Shown here one piece after another: positions 13,327 through 24,863 of a stretch of DNA of 64,000 nt (position 1 is its first letter; every line of letters begins with the position of its first letter). The stretch covers positions 69,068,001-69,132,000 of the forward strand of contig CM060731.1 in assembly GCA_030704615.1 (NCBI GenBank), given 5' to 3'. A program made the position numbers and the translations under genes. The notes below the pieces were generated by a model. The model saw only the letters and a list, made by a program, of their open reading frames with translations, was not told where the DNA came from and made no database searches. Origin of the DNA: Takakia lepidozioides (Eukaryota > Plantae > Bryophyta).

Positions 13327-14144
13327 TCATTTATACCTCCAGGCCGTGCAAACGATGGCCCAAAAATCCATGTTTGCAAGGGGAAAGCTCGGATTTAAGG
13401 GTCCTGCAGACGGGGACTCTCAAATCCAGGGAAGTTATGTGAATAGCAGCTACTCGAGCTTTGTGCCCCATACCATCAGGGTCGTGGTCGCAATATCACG
13501 AGATACCACGGGCCGGACCGTGATCGTGGCCAATTTCATGTTCGTGGCGGGCCGTGGAGCCAGAACCACGGGGTAACACGGCGGCAGATCGTGGCCGTTG
13601 ACCGTCGTGGTGCGGGGCGAGGCTGTGGCTGGTTAAAGATGATGGCGAGCCGTGGCCGGGAACCGTGAGTAGCCGTGGTGCAAGACCCACGGGCTGTCAC
13701 GGATAGTGTGAGTGGAAAAGAAAAAACACTTGGGATGTCGGTCATGTCAAATATTTGGGATGCTATTTGCAGCAACGCAGCCTACGAGCTTGAACCGTGT
13801 CTCAGATGTTGAAATACTTTAGAAATACTTCCGAAATGTTGCAATACTATAGTCACAGAGTGCAGGTGGCAGTCCTCCGAGGAGTTACAAGTGACAGTCT
13901 GCCAACAGTCTCATTTATACCTCCAGGCCGTGCAAACGATGGCCCGAAAATCCATCTGTGCAGGGGGAAGGCCCGGATTTAAGGGCCCTGCAAATGATGG
14001 CCCTCAAATCCAGAGAAGTTATGTGAATGGCGGCTACTCGAGTTTTGTGCCCCATACCACCAGGGTCGTGGTCGTAGTATCACGAGATACCACGGGCCGG
14101 ACTGTGATCGTGGCCAGTTTATGTTCGTGGCAGGCCGTGAAGCC
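13327..14144. repeat. Two ~235-bp diverged direct repeats (13327-13561 and 13911-14144)
   Basis: Both start TCATTTATACCTCCAGGCCGTGCAAACGATGGCCC and align through ...GTTCGTGGC.GGCCGTG.AGCC. Confidence 0.85.
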
Positions 14145-17100
14145 GCCAGAGTTGGCGTCCCGATTTATTAAATATATTTTTTAAATTTTGGACCGCTAGA
14201 TTCAACGATCCAAATTATCATGTTCGAAGTCAAATTCGAACGTACATTGCATCACATCCAAAATGGACATTACATAGACTTCCCTCCCCCGAAAGAAGAC
14301 AATAGCCGTAAGGCGAAATGACTCTTAGTTACGCCGGTCTCTCGACCGGAGTTTACTCTCTTGCCTGTGCACTAGGGGTAAACGCTCTCTCTCAAAAGTG
14401 TGTGGCACCAGGGTTGCCTCCATTCTATTTAAAATATAATTAGAAGTGACTGGCAGAATTTGACGATTGTACCATTTTTTTTAAAAACAAAATTTTTGCA
14501 CATTTTGTTTTTTATAAAAATCAAAACAAAATATTTTTTAATTTAAAATTTAAAAATAAAACCTAGGTGTATACTATTCCAAAGCACTTACCCGATTATC
14601 AGACCATTGCATACAAATATTTATATAAAACAAGCACCAATACCCCTAATTTCCTACTCTCCACACCAAATTCAGCTCAGTTGGAAGGATCAAGATACAC
14701 TACCACTACTTGCAACACCCAAAAGTAGCAACGTCAGTAGATGTATGTCATCGAATGCAGCCCCTAGAGTGCCAACTGATGAGCGCAAATCCCACGTTCA
14801 AGAGCACCCAACATCCAAATTGCTCAAATTGTTTTGACAGGCTGCAAGACTTCATACACTAGACGCGATTGGGCCACTGACCATGCACAAACACTATGCA
14901 AGTATGCAAATCAAAGTTAGAATTGCATGTTAGGCCTCTACAAAATCTAATGAAGAAAGTTGAAGGACAATATAACATGCACACTCGCCTACCACTAGGA
15001 GGACATATCCCAAAAAACTCAAGTCAATACATATACAGCTTAAACTCACGGTCAACAAAACAAACCCCACTAAGGTAAACAAGACCAGTGAACACCCCCA
15101 TGTTTACAATACCACTAAAAAAGAAGACAACATGACAAATCATTGCTGCACTCCACATATCCCAACAAAACCAAGTCTGGCCCACCTCACACTGCCATTC
15201 AGCTGCTAATCCCCCAGTGATGCCGATGAGAGCATATCAACTAACCTGGCCAAAAACATTGCGGGAACAAACTCGGGGTCTGATCCCAACGCCCAACATC
15301 AGAGACCATTTGACTCGACCAAAAACATCGCGGGTACAAACGAGGGGCCAGCGACAAAATCTAACTCGGCAAATTACTGCCATGATAACATGCCACAAGA
15401 CCATCTGATATCTTTGCACGAACACAGCCAATCGCAGCTGTAATGTATCAAGAACAGACACTGCTAAACAACACCAACAACCAAATATCCCAAGAAAGAG
15501 TGAGTGGTTGGAACAACAACCCCAGCCCAAGCTAGCACACACACTAACAAACAATCGCGGGCCGATAGACCAACCACCGCAGCAAACAGCCAAGAGGCCA
15601 AATTGGCATCAGGTCGCTACATTATATGACTCCACAGTCCCGCCATTTGAACCAGCCGTCCTTGCACCAACGGTACTCGTTCCCTTTCCTCCCCCAGTGT
15701 TCGTAATTTTTGTTCTTACCTCTTTTCCCTACTCGGATACTAAGAATCCTGCCAAACCACCTCCATAGTCGTCTGAGCTAGCCTCCTCCTCTTCCCCTCC
15801 ACACTTATTCTGCGCACAACGTCTCTATCCTGCCAGCTTAAACTCCAGCTAGTACGTGACCATCGCTACCAATTAAGTCATAGCAACCCTATGCAACCAC
15901 ACACAACCAGCAATAGACGATTAAAAATACCCTGGATGTCCAGCTGAGTTATCACACATCAGAGAGCACTCAGTCCAAGGCCTGCTCGGACACTACCAAC
16001 TCCACAATGTCCCATTGTGAACTGAGGGCCATGTTCCCTGGTAATGGCGATGCCAACACACCCTGTATGAGGAGCAGAACTTCGGGACCAAAAGCATCCG
16101 CCAAGCGGACTCCAAGTGGTGAAATCGTGAGCATCTCAAGCACCCCAAGTAGCTCCAAACACTCCCATGGAGTGCGCCGTCAACGCTTTGAACAACCACA
16201 CGAGCCAACCCGACCAATGGAGTATACGAACGAGTTAGTGGAGTACACCAACAAGCCCGTGTTCTTGCCATCCGCAATGCTCTGAATCAACGCAAAAAAT
16301 GTCCCAGTCTCGCCGTTGTGCATCAGCGGAGACTACACTCCTCCTTTGCTCAACGAAAACGCTCTTGCTCTGCGAGCACACTTCAAGGAATATAACGACA
16401 ACAATGCGGCACCCAAATGCCCCGTTACAGCACATTCAAATATAATTCACATCTGGCTAGGAAGCCGGACAATGGAAGAGCGAGCAGTAGCAGCGGGTAA
16501 TCCTCCACTTCATGAATAGTCGCGATCATTAGAAGAGCCTATGAAATTGGGAGTTTCACGTAAGAAAGCAGATAGATGATCGTTTGTCGACGTGCCTTTC
16601 CTAGAGTGCCGCAATGGTTATATCCAGCTCAACGATGTGATGGTAGAACATGACAATTCTACCATTTGAACTAACTCCCCAAAGGTACTAAGGTCGACCC
16701 GCATACAGGACTAGCAGTGGGGTCTTACCATATAATGTCAGATTTGATCACAACATAACGATGGATCGCCTGGTGGAGAAAGCAAGGAGGAGGTTTGTAG
16801 ACATGAACATCCGTCTAGGCTCCAAGCTATACTCCCCCATACTCGTCATCACACAGGCCAAAACAAAGACATGGAATAGACTGCTCAAAGTTAAGTTGCA
16901 GCACCCAGAACGAGACGGACTCGCATTCCTAAGAGGAGAACAAGTTTTCACACTGGAACTCTCGTCGGGAGAACGCCATGATAACACAGATGAACTCTTC
17001 GGAAGGTTGTTCTTTGTTCCACAATGTGACTTGGTTACCCCTCGGAAGGTTATTCATATCATGGACATATTGTATATTTTGGAAGCATGATTATTTTCCC

Positions 17101-17526
17101 GCAAGAAGGTTATTCATTGTTCCACAATGTGACATGGTTACCCCTGGAAGGTTGTAAGTTGTCATGGACAGGGGCAGAGGGAGAAGAAGGGGGAGTGAGG
17201 CAGGGGTAGGGATTGGATAGTTGAATTCTCTCATCCCTCTAGCCTTTTTTTTGGCTCACCCATCTCGCTCCCTCTCCCTCTCCCTTGATGTTTGTCAGAC
17301 GAAGGGAGAGGGAGAGGGAGAGGGATAAGGAGGGGGCAGAAGTTGGTATTCCAAAGTTTACTGTGACTCAAGACAACACTTTCTATATTTGAGCCGCAAC
17401 TAAGCTTTACGAAGAAGTAGACGTTTGGCTATCTCATTCTGTAAGAGGCGACTAGTTAAGGCACCTTGCTCAAATCGCTCTATCCAGTAGTCTGTATTGA
17501 GTGGTATTTATGAGCTCTCACTCTTA

Positions 17527-18876
17527 GGCCCCCGCCGCACCGAGCTGCTAACCCATGTTAGGCTAGTGCTAACTACAAAATTACGACCATACTGCCTTGC
17601 TTTAAATATTTTAGTGCTAACTACTGCTATCTATTCTAAAACAATCCGTAGTAGGTTAGGGCGATTTTAGCAGTACCTCCCCCCCCCAGGTGCTAAATCT
17701 AAACTGGAGCGCCGTTTTCGGGCAACTGCCCCCTGCCATTTTGCCGTTTCGCCATTTTCGCACTTCGTTCTCTCTCTCTCGCTCTAGCAGCGTCTTGCTC
17801 GCTCTCCTTCTTTTTAGGTGTCTTTGGCGACCAGATCCTCTTTCTGTTTCCTGAAGGTCTTGTACTTTGGAGGCCTAGGGCCCTTCATCAACTCATCTGA
17901 TACTAGAATGTCTTACCAAGACTAGGTCTGTGGAAGTTATCACGCATGTCCTCGTCCCCACCCACTGCCATAACCGAAATGGCTGCCCCCTCTATTTTTC
18001 TATGCCTCTCTGTTTGAACTTGGGCTGCAGGCTGCAGAAAACATGGCACCATCTTCAGATTCTGAAAATTTTCCAGGCTGGAAGCGATGGTGCCATAGTA
18101 TTTGGCTGGAAGCCCAGATTATCAAACTAGTTCACCACACTGTCCATCTCTCTTCCATTGCAACAACACCCATCACTATTTTCTCCTCTGTACTTGCTGG
18201 CAGGATGGGTCTACGACTATACCTGCAGCACATATCAGATCATTTAATATCAGTTATTAACCGGATTCCATCAGTCATCAGTTGGATTTTCATCAGTACG
18301 AAAAGTTCAACGAAGGTGGGTTATTTTCAATCTTCCTGACAATGCTGCTCGGAAATTTGAACAAACCCTTACGAAGGAGATGATCTGGGGCATCCACGGA
18401 GGAAGACCCTCGACCTTCCCCCTCACTAAAGTTTAAATTTCCTAGACCTGTGGCAAAATTTCATTTGGTCAAGTCCAACTGATGGCTGACATTTTAGCAA
18501 CACCCCGGATCTTTGCACTTCTTGATAAACTGATCAAGACGAACCCCTTGCATTGCAACTCCTTCAGAGTTCCCCTTCATTCAAAACGAATTGCTGCAAT
18601 AGTACATTTTCCTACGTGCGAAAATGCAGCAGGCTGCTAATGAAACTGTGGACCGTCGCAACCAAAAGAAGGCTGGAGATGAAGGAGCGAGGAAAACCGG
18701 CGAGGGAAAACGGGCAGGGGCAGGAACGACGGTTTAAAACTAACATTCCGCGCTAAAAATCTGCTACGCTAACATTTTGATGCGGCCGGGGTACTAGTTG
18801 GAGCGACAGTTAGGAAAGCGGGCCTGCTACCGGCTTAGCAGGCCTGCTACGCTAGCAACTCGGTGCGGCGGGGGCC
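17527..18876. mobile_element. Non-autonomous PIF/Harbinger-type DNA transposon
   Basis: 24-bp TIRs GGCCCCCGCCGCACCGAGCTGCTA / TAGCAACTCGGTGCGGCGGGGGCC (1 mismatch), flanked by TTA on both sides (17524-17526, 18877-18879). Confidence 0.85.
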
Positions 18877-19188
18877 TTAGAAGGCATAGGATCGTCAATA
18901 TAAACTATCGACACTCTAAACACATTAAAAAATATTGCCCAAATTCACCGTCGCCCTCTCCACTCATTCCTGGAATTCCTAAGCTAGATGCCTTCTTTCA
19001 GATCCTGGGTATGATACAAGCAAGCAATCATAAGTTGATATGCACAGTATTCCTCCTGCCGCCATCCTTTACCATATCCAAACCTGATCACTCAAGCCCT
19101 ATACATAAAAGATTACCTTTAACCAAAATCCAAACCCTCTATAAAGTTAGTTGCCCTCCATCTCCACCAAGTTTGCTATCCTAGGCAT

Positions 19189-19891
19189 ATGGTATCCTCC
19201 TCTACGGTAGCTGATTGGGAGGAAGGAATCGACTCCCCTTTCATTAAGTCAGTGGCAGAAGAGCATCTGGAATCCTGCGCTCTACAGTCCCAGCGTCTGA
19301 AGGCGATGATGGTGGCATGTCCCTCCACCCGTTACTCTCCCTGCCCCCTTGCTAAGACCTCCGCATCTGATGTATGCTGTGCCTCCGGACGCAGTTTGGG
19401 CCACATCCGTAACTCCAAATGGGCCTCACTTTCACTTGAGCAGCTGGTGTTGTCACAGTGGGAGCACTGTCCAAGCGGGAGAAATTCCTTTGTTGGGGTA
19501 GGACAAAAAAGAACAAGAAGTTACTGGCCCGGGCGTAGACATCCGCGCAGAGATGGCATAGTAATAAGTGCACAGGCGGAGCCTTTGGATCTCACTGAAG
19601 ACAATGTGCAACAAGTGTTGTTCGACGCAAGATCTGAGGTTGGTGGGGTCCTTCTCTCTCCTCCGTCCATTTTGGCGCAACATGGTTTCAACCACAAAAT
19701 ATTCTCACTGCAAGTTCCCCTTCAAGCACTGTAGTCTCTCCTATCTCCTTTCGGTCCCCATTCAAAGCTCTCAGTGTGGTCTGCATCGCAGCAGAGAATA
19801 GTCGCAACATTTGCCTAATTTAATCTTGCTGGTGTCACAGCTGTTGCAGATTTTTGATACGTCAGTGGGCATAACAGGTACAGATCTATGG

Positions 19892-19929
<38 letters not shown>

Positions 19930-20536
19930 CAACGGAATGCAGAATTAAGTGTCTTGACTTCTTGGGGTCCAGGAATGGCAGAGCTGGCTGAGTTAGACGG
20001 TCCATTTGTGAAGCTACGGTTAACGGGGCGTTTCTGGCATGAGCGCTCCATGGTGCTTGCTAGGCTTACCAACTACCTAAAGAAGCGAATTCCGGTGGGT
20101 TCTTCTTCAATCCAGATGACTCCAGTTCTTGCTTCTGCCTTTACAACATCGCAGCATTGTATGTGACATGATCCCAAGAACACACATGTGAAGAGGATAA
20201 TGGCTGAAACTCATGGTGATCAATGATACGTAGTGTGGTTGGTGACTTGGTTGGTGACTCCATTCTGCCAGGCAGAGAGTGTGAAACGTGGAAGTGAGCC
20301 CATGATGTCCTTGTTTGCCTTAGCAGATTGCAGGTCAGCAGATTACCATGGCCACGCCAGATTGGTTTTGTCACTGAATCTTTATGCTAAAGGACACTAG
20401 GTTGTTCAGGTCTCTCTACAGGCAATCCAAACAAGCATTTGCACAAGAGTTCACCAAGTGATGGTGTGTGCAGGAGGTACTGGAGGTGGAGATTGAAGAT
20501 GAAGCTCAATTAGACGATAGTGCTGCAAATTTTTAG
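19189..20536 (+). CDS. Conserved plant protein with NifU C-terminal-like domain, probably plastid-targeted; exons 19189-19638, 19841-19877, 19973-20094, 20474-20536
   Basis: Spliced translation ...EPLDLTEDNVQQVLFDARSE|LLQIFDTSVGITG|MAELAELDGPFVKLRLTGRFWHERSMVLARLTNYLKKRIP|EVLEVEIEDEAQLDDSAANF*. All introns are GT-AG and in phase. Start codon uncertain. Confidence 0.8.
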
Positions 20537-22675
20537 TATTCCACTTCTTTGCCAATGCTTCTCTTCTCGATTCCTGGTCAGTAAGTATTTGGGCTGACTG
20601 TCTCTGTCTATTCCTGCAATGGTGCTGCTCATCACTATTGTGGTATAATAATTGTAAACCGGCTCTTGAGAGTTCAGGTATCCATCACCTATTTCATGTA
20701 CCACGATTTAAGAGGTGTCCATAATTGTTTATACTAAGGAGATAGGTAACCCTCCTATCCTGGTCTCCAACACAAGCCTGCCAACCTACTGCAGAAAGGA
20801 GGTTGATGCCAGGAAACCAACAATTTGTTCCTGTGGGTCTTTCGCCAGTATAGAGGAGCAAGCTTTGCAGAGCTACAGCAGACTCGAGTGCAAATCCAAT
20901 GCATCTTAGGGCACTTCTTGCACACACACACAGTTTGCTGGTGGCCAGAGCAGCAGACTCCCAACCCGCGGCAGCTGGAGGGTGGAGCGCACAACTTTGT
21001 CAATGGAATGTCAATCCTGCGAATTGACTTGTGATCCAACACAATGAAGGCTTGCAGCTTCTCAACCAGCTAGGTATGAGTTAAAAGGAGCATGGACATT
21101 GCTGCATGCATGGCCCTTATCTTCCACCTGTATCATTTGACTCCATCTCTGAAGTTGGAGCCAATGGTGTCTGCACAGAAGCCAATTTAAGACCTTAAAC
21201 AACTGGAAATGCACATAGATACCTTAGTAGTGCCAAACTGCTTCTTGTCAGCCCTTTGTCCACCACTCTGCATAGAGCCCACAGTAATCTTCTCCGGGTC
21301 AGACAAGAGCCCATTACATTTAATGATATATATTTGGACCACTAGAAATGTTCTGAGATACATGGAAAGCCAAAATGATTTGAATTTGGGTGTTTTACAT
21401 ACAAATGGTGTTCTTCAAGAAACAAGCTACATCTGGGTTGCGAGAAGCCCCTTTTGAACTTGTACAGCTAGGACTTATCACCAGTTATCATCTAATGTAC
21501 TGAAGATATGAATGAAGTGAACGTCCTGTAGGTGTGTACACTGGTGTATTTCTGAGCACAGTGAAAGGATTACAACTCCCAACTTTCACCTAGGTATCAC
21601 TACCAATGTAGGACTCACCATTTGACAAGATTGCTAGAAAACCATCCAACCTAGGTAGATGTCACACTCACACACAGACAGAATTACATTTTCCACACCC
21701 AGTCCAAGATAAGATACAAGGTACAACATCCTGCACACTAATCCCTTAATACTGGGCCACCTTTCCAACTGCAAAAGCAGCATGTATACATTGTGAAAAG
21801 GTGGCTGTCAGAACTAGCCCGACTCAACGAAGCTGACTTCCTTGCCACTGTAGTGCAAACATGGAGAATGTTCATGCTACATCCTTTGTTAGCTAATTTT
21901 TTCAAGTACCTAAATGGATAGATGGCAATCTCTTGCAGGTTCATTAGTCAGGGTACCCTAAATCATCGGGCAGATTTCAGTGGCTGGTGTAGAGAGACTG
22001 TGAAGTTGTGCGTGAAGAAGATGCTCGCTGCTGACACTCTGCCTTCACCATGAAATGCGGCTGAAGGGCTGGCATGGTAATCAATCGCCGGCACGTCTTT
22101 AGGACCAAAGATGAGCTCTGACTTTGTCTGTACCAAAGTGTGCAGCTTGAGTTTCCCAGATGTGAACTGCATAGATAAATCTCAAATCATACTGAACAAG
22201 GCAGGCTACCAAAGCTTATGATCCAGAGCTCATACAATATGCCCACAAGGATGCTAGAGACAAGGAAACAAAAGGGTAGTTAAATTCCACCCACAACACA
22301 TCATCTGAATGAGTAGAGAAATGAACATACAAACAGAAACTAAAGACTAAATTTGGTCGGCAACGCCCGACTGCCATAAAAGCAGGTCTCTGCCAGTCCA
22401 ACCATACTAGAGAAATATTCAGTGATCCTCATAATAACTACTAAGTCGCCAGCGTATCTTATGTAGTTGAATCTCGGAAATTAGGATCCATACCGAGTAT
22501 GACTTGGTTTTCTTCGCCACCTTACAAAGATTGTTCCCAGCAACTCCCTCCCTATCCACATTGTTACTAGATCTCGAGAAGCTTTGGACGGAGTGTTTTG
22601 CTCTTTGTGACTGGCTCCCTTTTGAGAGAGTAGGGTTTTTCCTTGAGGGTTGTACTTCAATCACAACCGTCTTTT

Positions 22676-22970
22676 TTATACCGCCTCCGGGATATCAATG
22701 ATCACCCCAGCCTGAATTTTGCCCCACCCTATCAAGCGCCAATGCTTTTCAACTCTTCTGCTGAGGCCACTTTCTCCCCTTTGCTGGTGCAAACAGGGGT
22801 GGTCAACTGCAGTTTGGCAAGATCATTCTTGACCGCAACTGAGCACCGGTCGACATGGAACCAATGTTGAGCATGAGGACCTCACTCTCTGTCAACTTTG
22901 AGATCCTGCCTTGTTTTTCTGTGCCTTTGGTTCGAACTCCAAGCAGCCGACAAAGCAGGAAGAAGTTAAC
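22676..22970 (-). pseudogene. eIF2G: Orphan terminal exon of eukaryotic initiation factor 2 gamma (frameshifted)
   Basis: VNFFLLCRLLGVRTKGTEKQGRISKLTESEVLMLNIGSMSTGA, then after frameshifts [38 protein letters not shown]. Preceded by an AG acceptor. No upstream eIF2-gamma exons recognised. Confidence 0.85.
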
Positions 22971-23429
22971 CTGCGTAAAGAACATCCCCCAGAGGCATTC
23001 TCAATCTCACAGACATTGTTGCATGACGTACACAAAACCCATGCCCAAAGGCAGTAAACAGAATGGACCACACGATCTCCTGTGGCTTCCTCAGGAAGGT
23101 ATGTTGTTGAACAGCCATAACTAAGTAAACTCGATGACTGAACTGAAATCAGGCACGGAGTGGGCTCACCTTGTTGAGACTTTTGATTGAAACCTCGAAA
23201 TCCCCATAGATTCAGGAGCTGTGAATGATAAATAACCCCATGGACAGCTCACAGAATGTGCAGTATGGAGTCTGCATTCAATGAAACAAGCCAGTTCTTC
23301 CACCTGTGTCTCCCCAACTTGAAATAATCCAAATTTCTTTCATGCACATTGCTCATTTTGTACAATTTGTGTGGGGAGCATGGCCTCTGGACTTCCTAAA
23401 TGAGGAAGGGTGGAAAGCTTGGCAGAAAG

Positions 23430-24863
23430 GCCAGTAATCCCCACAAGAACAAACCCCATCTGGAAAGTGGTGAAAGCAGGTGCCATCCCGTACCACTATT
23501 GCTTTCCCAACAATCCTTGAGATTAACTTTGTGGCAGTATGGCACCACACACCTGAAGGTTTTTGATCAAGTGGATGGGCATCCTGGGGGAAATTCTCAT
23601 CGGCCCAAAAGAAATGGCCAACTTTTCACTGTTGTGGCACAGATTGTACTCATAAGACGTTGTTTGCAGTAGCCTTGTGGCCATTGACCCCGCGCCCAGT
23701 TTGAGCGGGAACAAAAGGGACAGAACCTACCTGTCAGGGGCTGACGTTGGTAGTGTGACTTACCATCATATATAGAATTAATCCGGGTTTTCCAGATATC
23801 CTCTAGAAATCCCTTCACACAAGCATCAATCTGCTGTGTGTGATTTGCCCAAAAACTAGGCCTCAGGAGGGCCTGGGCTTTTGGCTCAGCCTTGAGACTT
23901 TCAAAGTTGTTAAACAGGGGTACAGGCACAATTCCCTTGATAGAATTGAAGAGAGCGTCTCTTTGGTGAGAGAACCCCGGACAGTGTATCAGAGAGTGAA
24001 TACTGTCTTCAGATTGCCCACACAGCGGGCAATTGCACTCTCCCTTTCCTCTCTGCTTCTGTTTGCTGTTCAAAGGTAGGCTTCCTGCCCTGAGTTTAAA
24101 TTTCAGTCTAGTGCCGAGAGTGGGTAGACCCTTGAGGTCATCCAAGATGTCCTCCCCCATGTCACTGACTGGAAACAAGTTCAGGGAAGTTTTCTGCCTA
24201 ACTTCATTTTCATCAGACAATCTCATGGCAACAGACATGGCTGAGGACACTACAGCCTCTAAGTCAGATTTATCCAGCAGGGTCAAGACTTGCGGATCCA
24301 GGTCCAGGTCCTTGAGAATCTCTTCTACTCTCTTCTGCCAGGACTTGGCCTGTTTGACAGGGCGGTCCTGTTTCCAAGATATAGAGTCGATTAACTTAGG
24401 ATATCTGGTGTTGGGCATATGTTGCAGCTGACCCCACCATCTGACCTTGAATTCATCTCGTCGGGAGCTTAAGGACGGAATGCCAAACTCACCCCGAACA
24501 GCCACATTGGCTGTTTTGGAGCATGCTGACATACACTCCTTAAGCACCCCCACTTGAATGGATTCTAGAGACTTAGCCTGGTTGGAGTTATCAACCCATA
24601 TAGCAGATCCGTACTCCAAGGCAGGTCTAATAACGCGACAAAGCATGGTTTTCTTAACCTCAGAGTTGACCCCTCTGCAGTGGAAAAATTGTGGCACAGA
24701 GAAAGTTCTTTTGCTTTTGCTCCATCATCCAATACAATGCTTGTGTCAGGACATACACAGCATCCTTCAGTGCCCCAGACAGTGTCTGTAGCTCAGTATG
24801 GATTCCTCGATTTGTGGATACAATTTGTCTTCTACACCAAATGTATGGACCTGGTAATCCACC
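23430..24863 (-). pseudogene. Degenerate E+/DYW deaminase portion of the PPR gene, interrupted by a LINE
   Basis: Frameshifted EVDYQVHTFGVEDKLYPQIEE..LKDAVYV.DTSIVLDD..KELSLCH | insertion | [10 protein letters not shown]...[45 protein letters not shown]. Confidence 0.9.
23644..24688 (-). mobile_element. 5'-truncated non-LTR retrotransposon (LINE; RT thumb + CCHC zf-RVT)
   Basis: ORF 23597..24697 has IRPALEYGSAIW and CPLCGQSEDSIHSLIHC. 12-bp TSD TTGTGGCACAGA at 23632-23643 and 24689-24700. Confidence 0.9.

Noticed and set aside
14305-14318. Hammerhead-like stem II GCCGTAAGGC-GAAA
   Set aside because: No CUGANGA core upstream and no stems I or III identifiable
17268-17320. 19-bp perfect hairpin
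   Set aside because: Made of low-complexity CT/GA repeats; no evidence of function
20694-22172. Possible histidine-phosphatase-like pseudogene on the minus strand (PLKSAR, LLSINNYGHL)
   Set aside because: No RHG motif; similarity too weak to support
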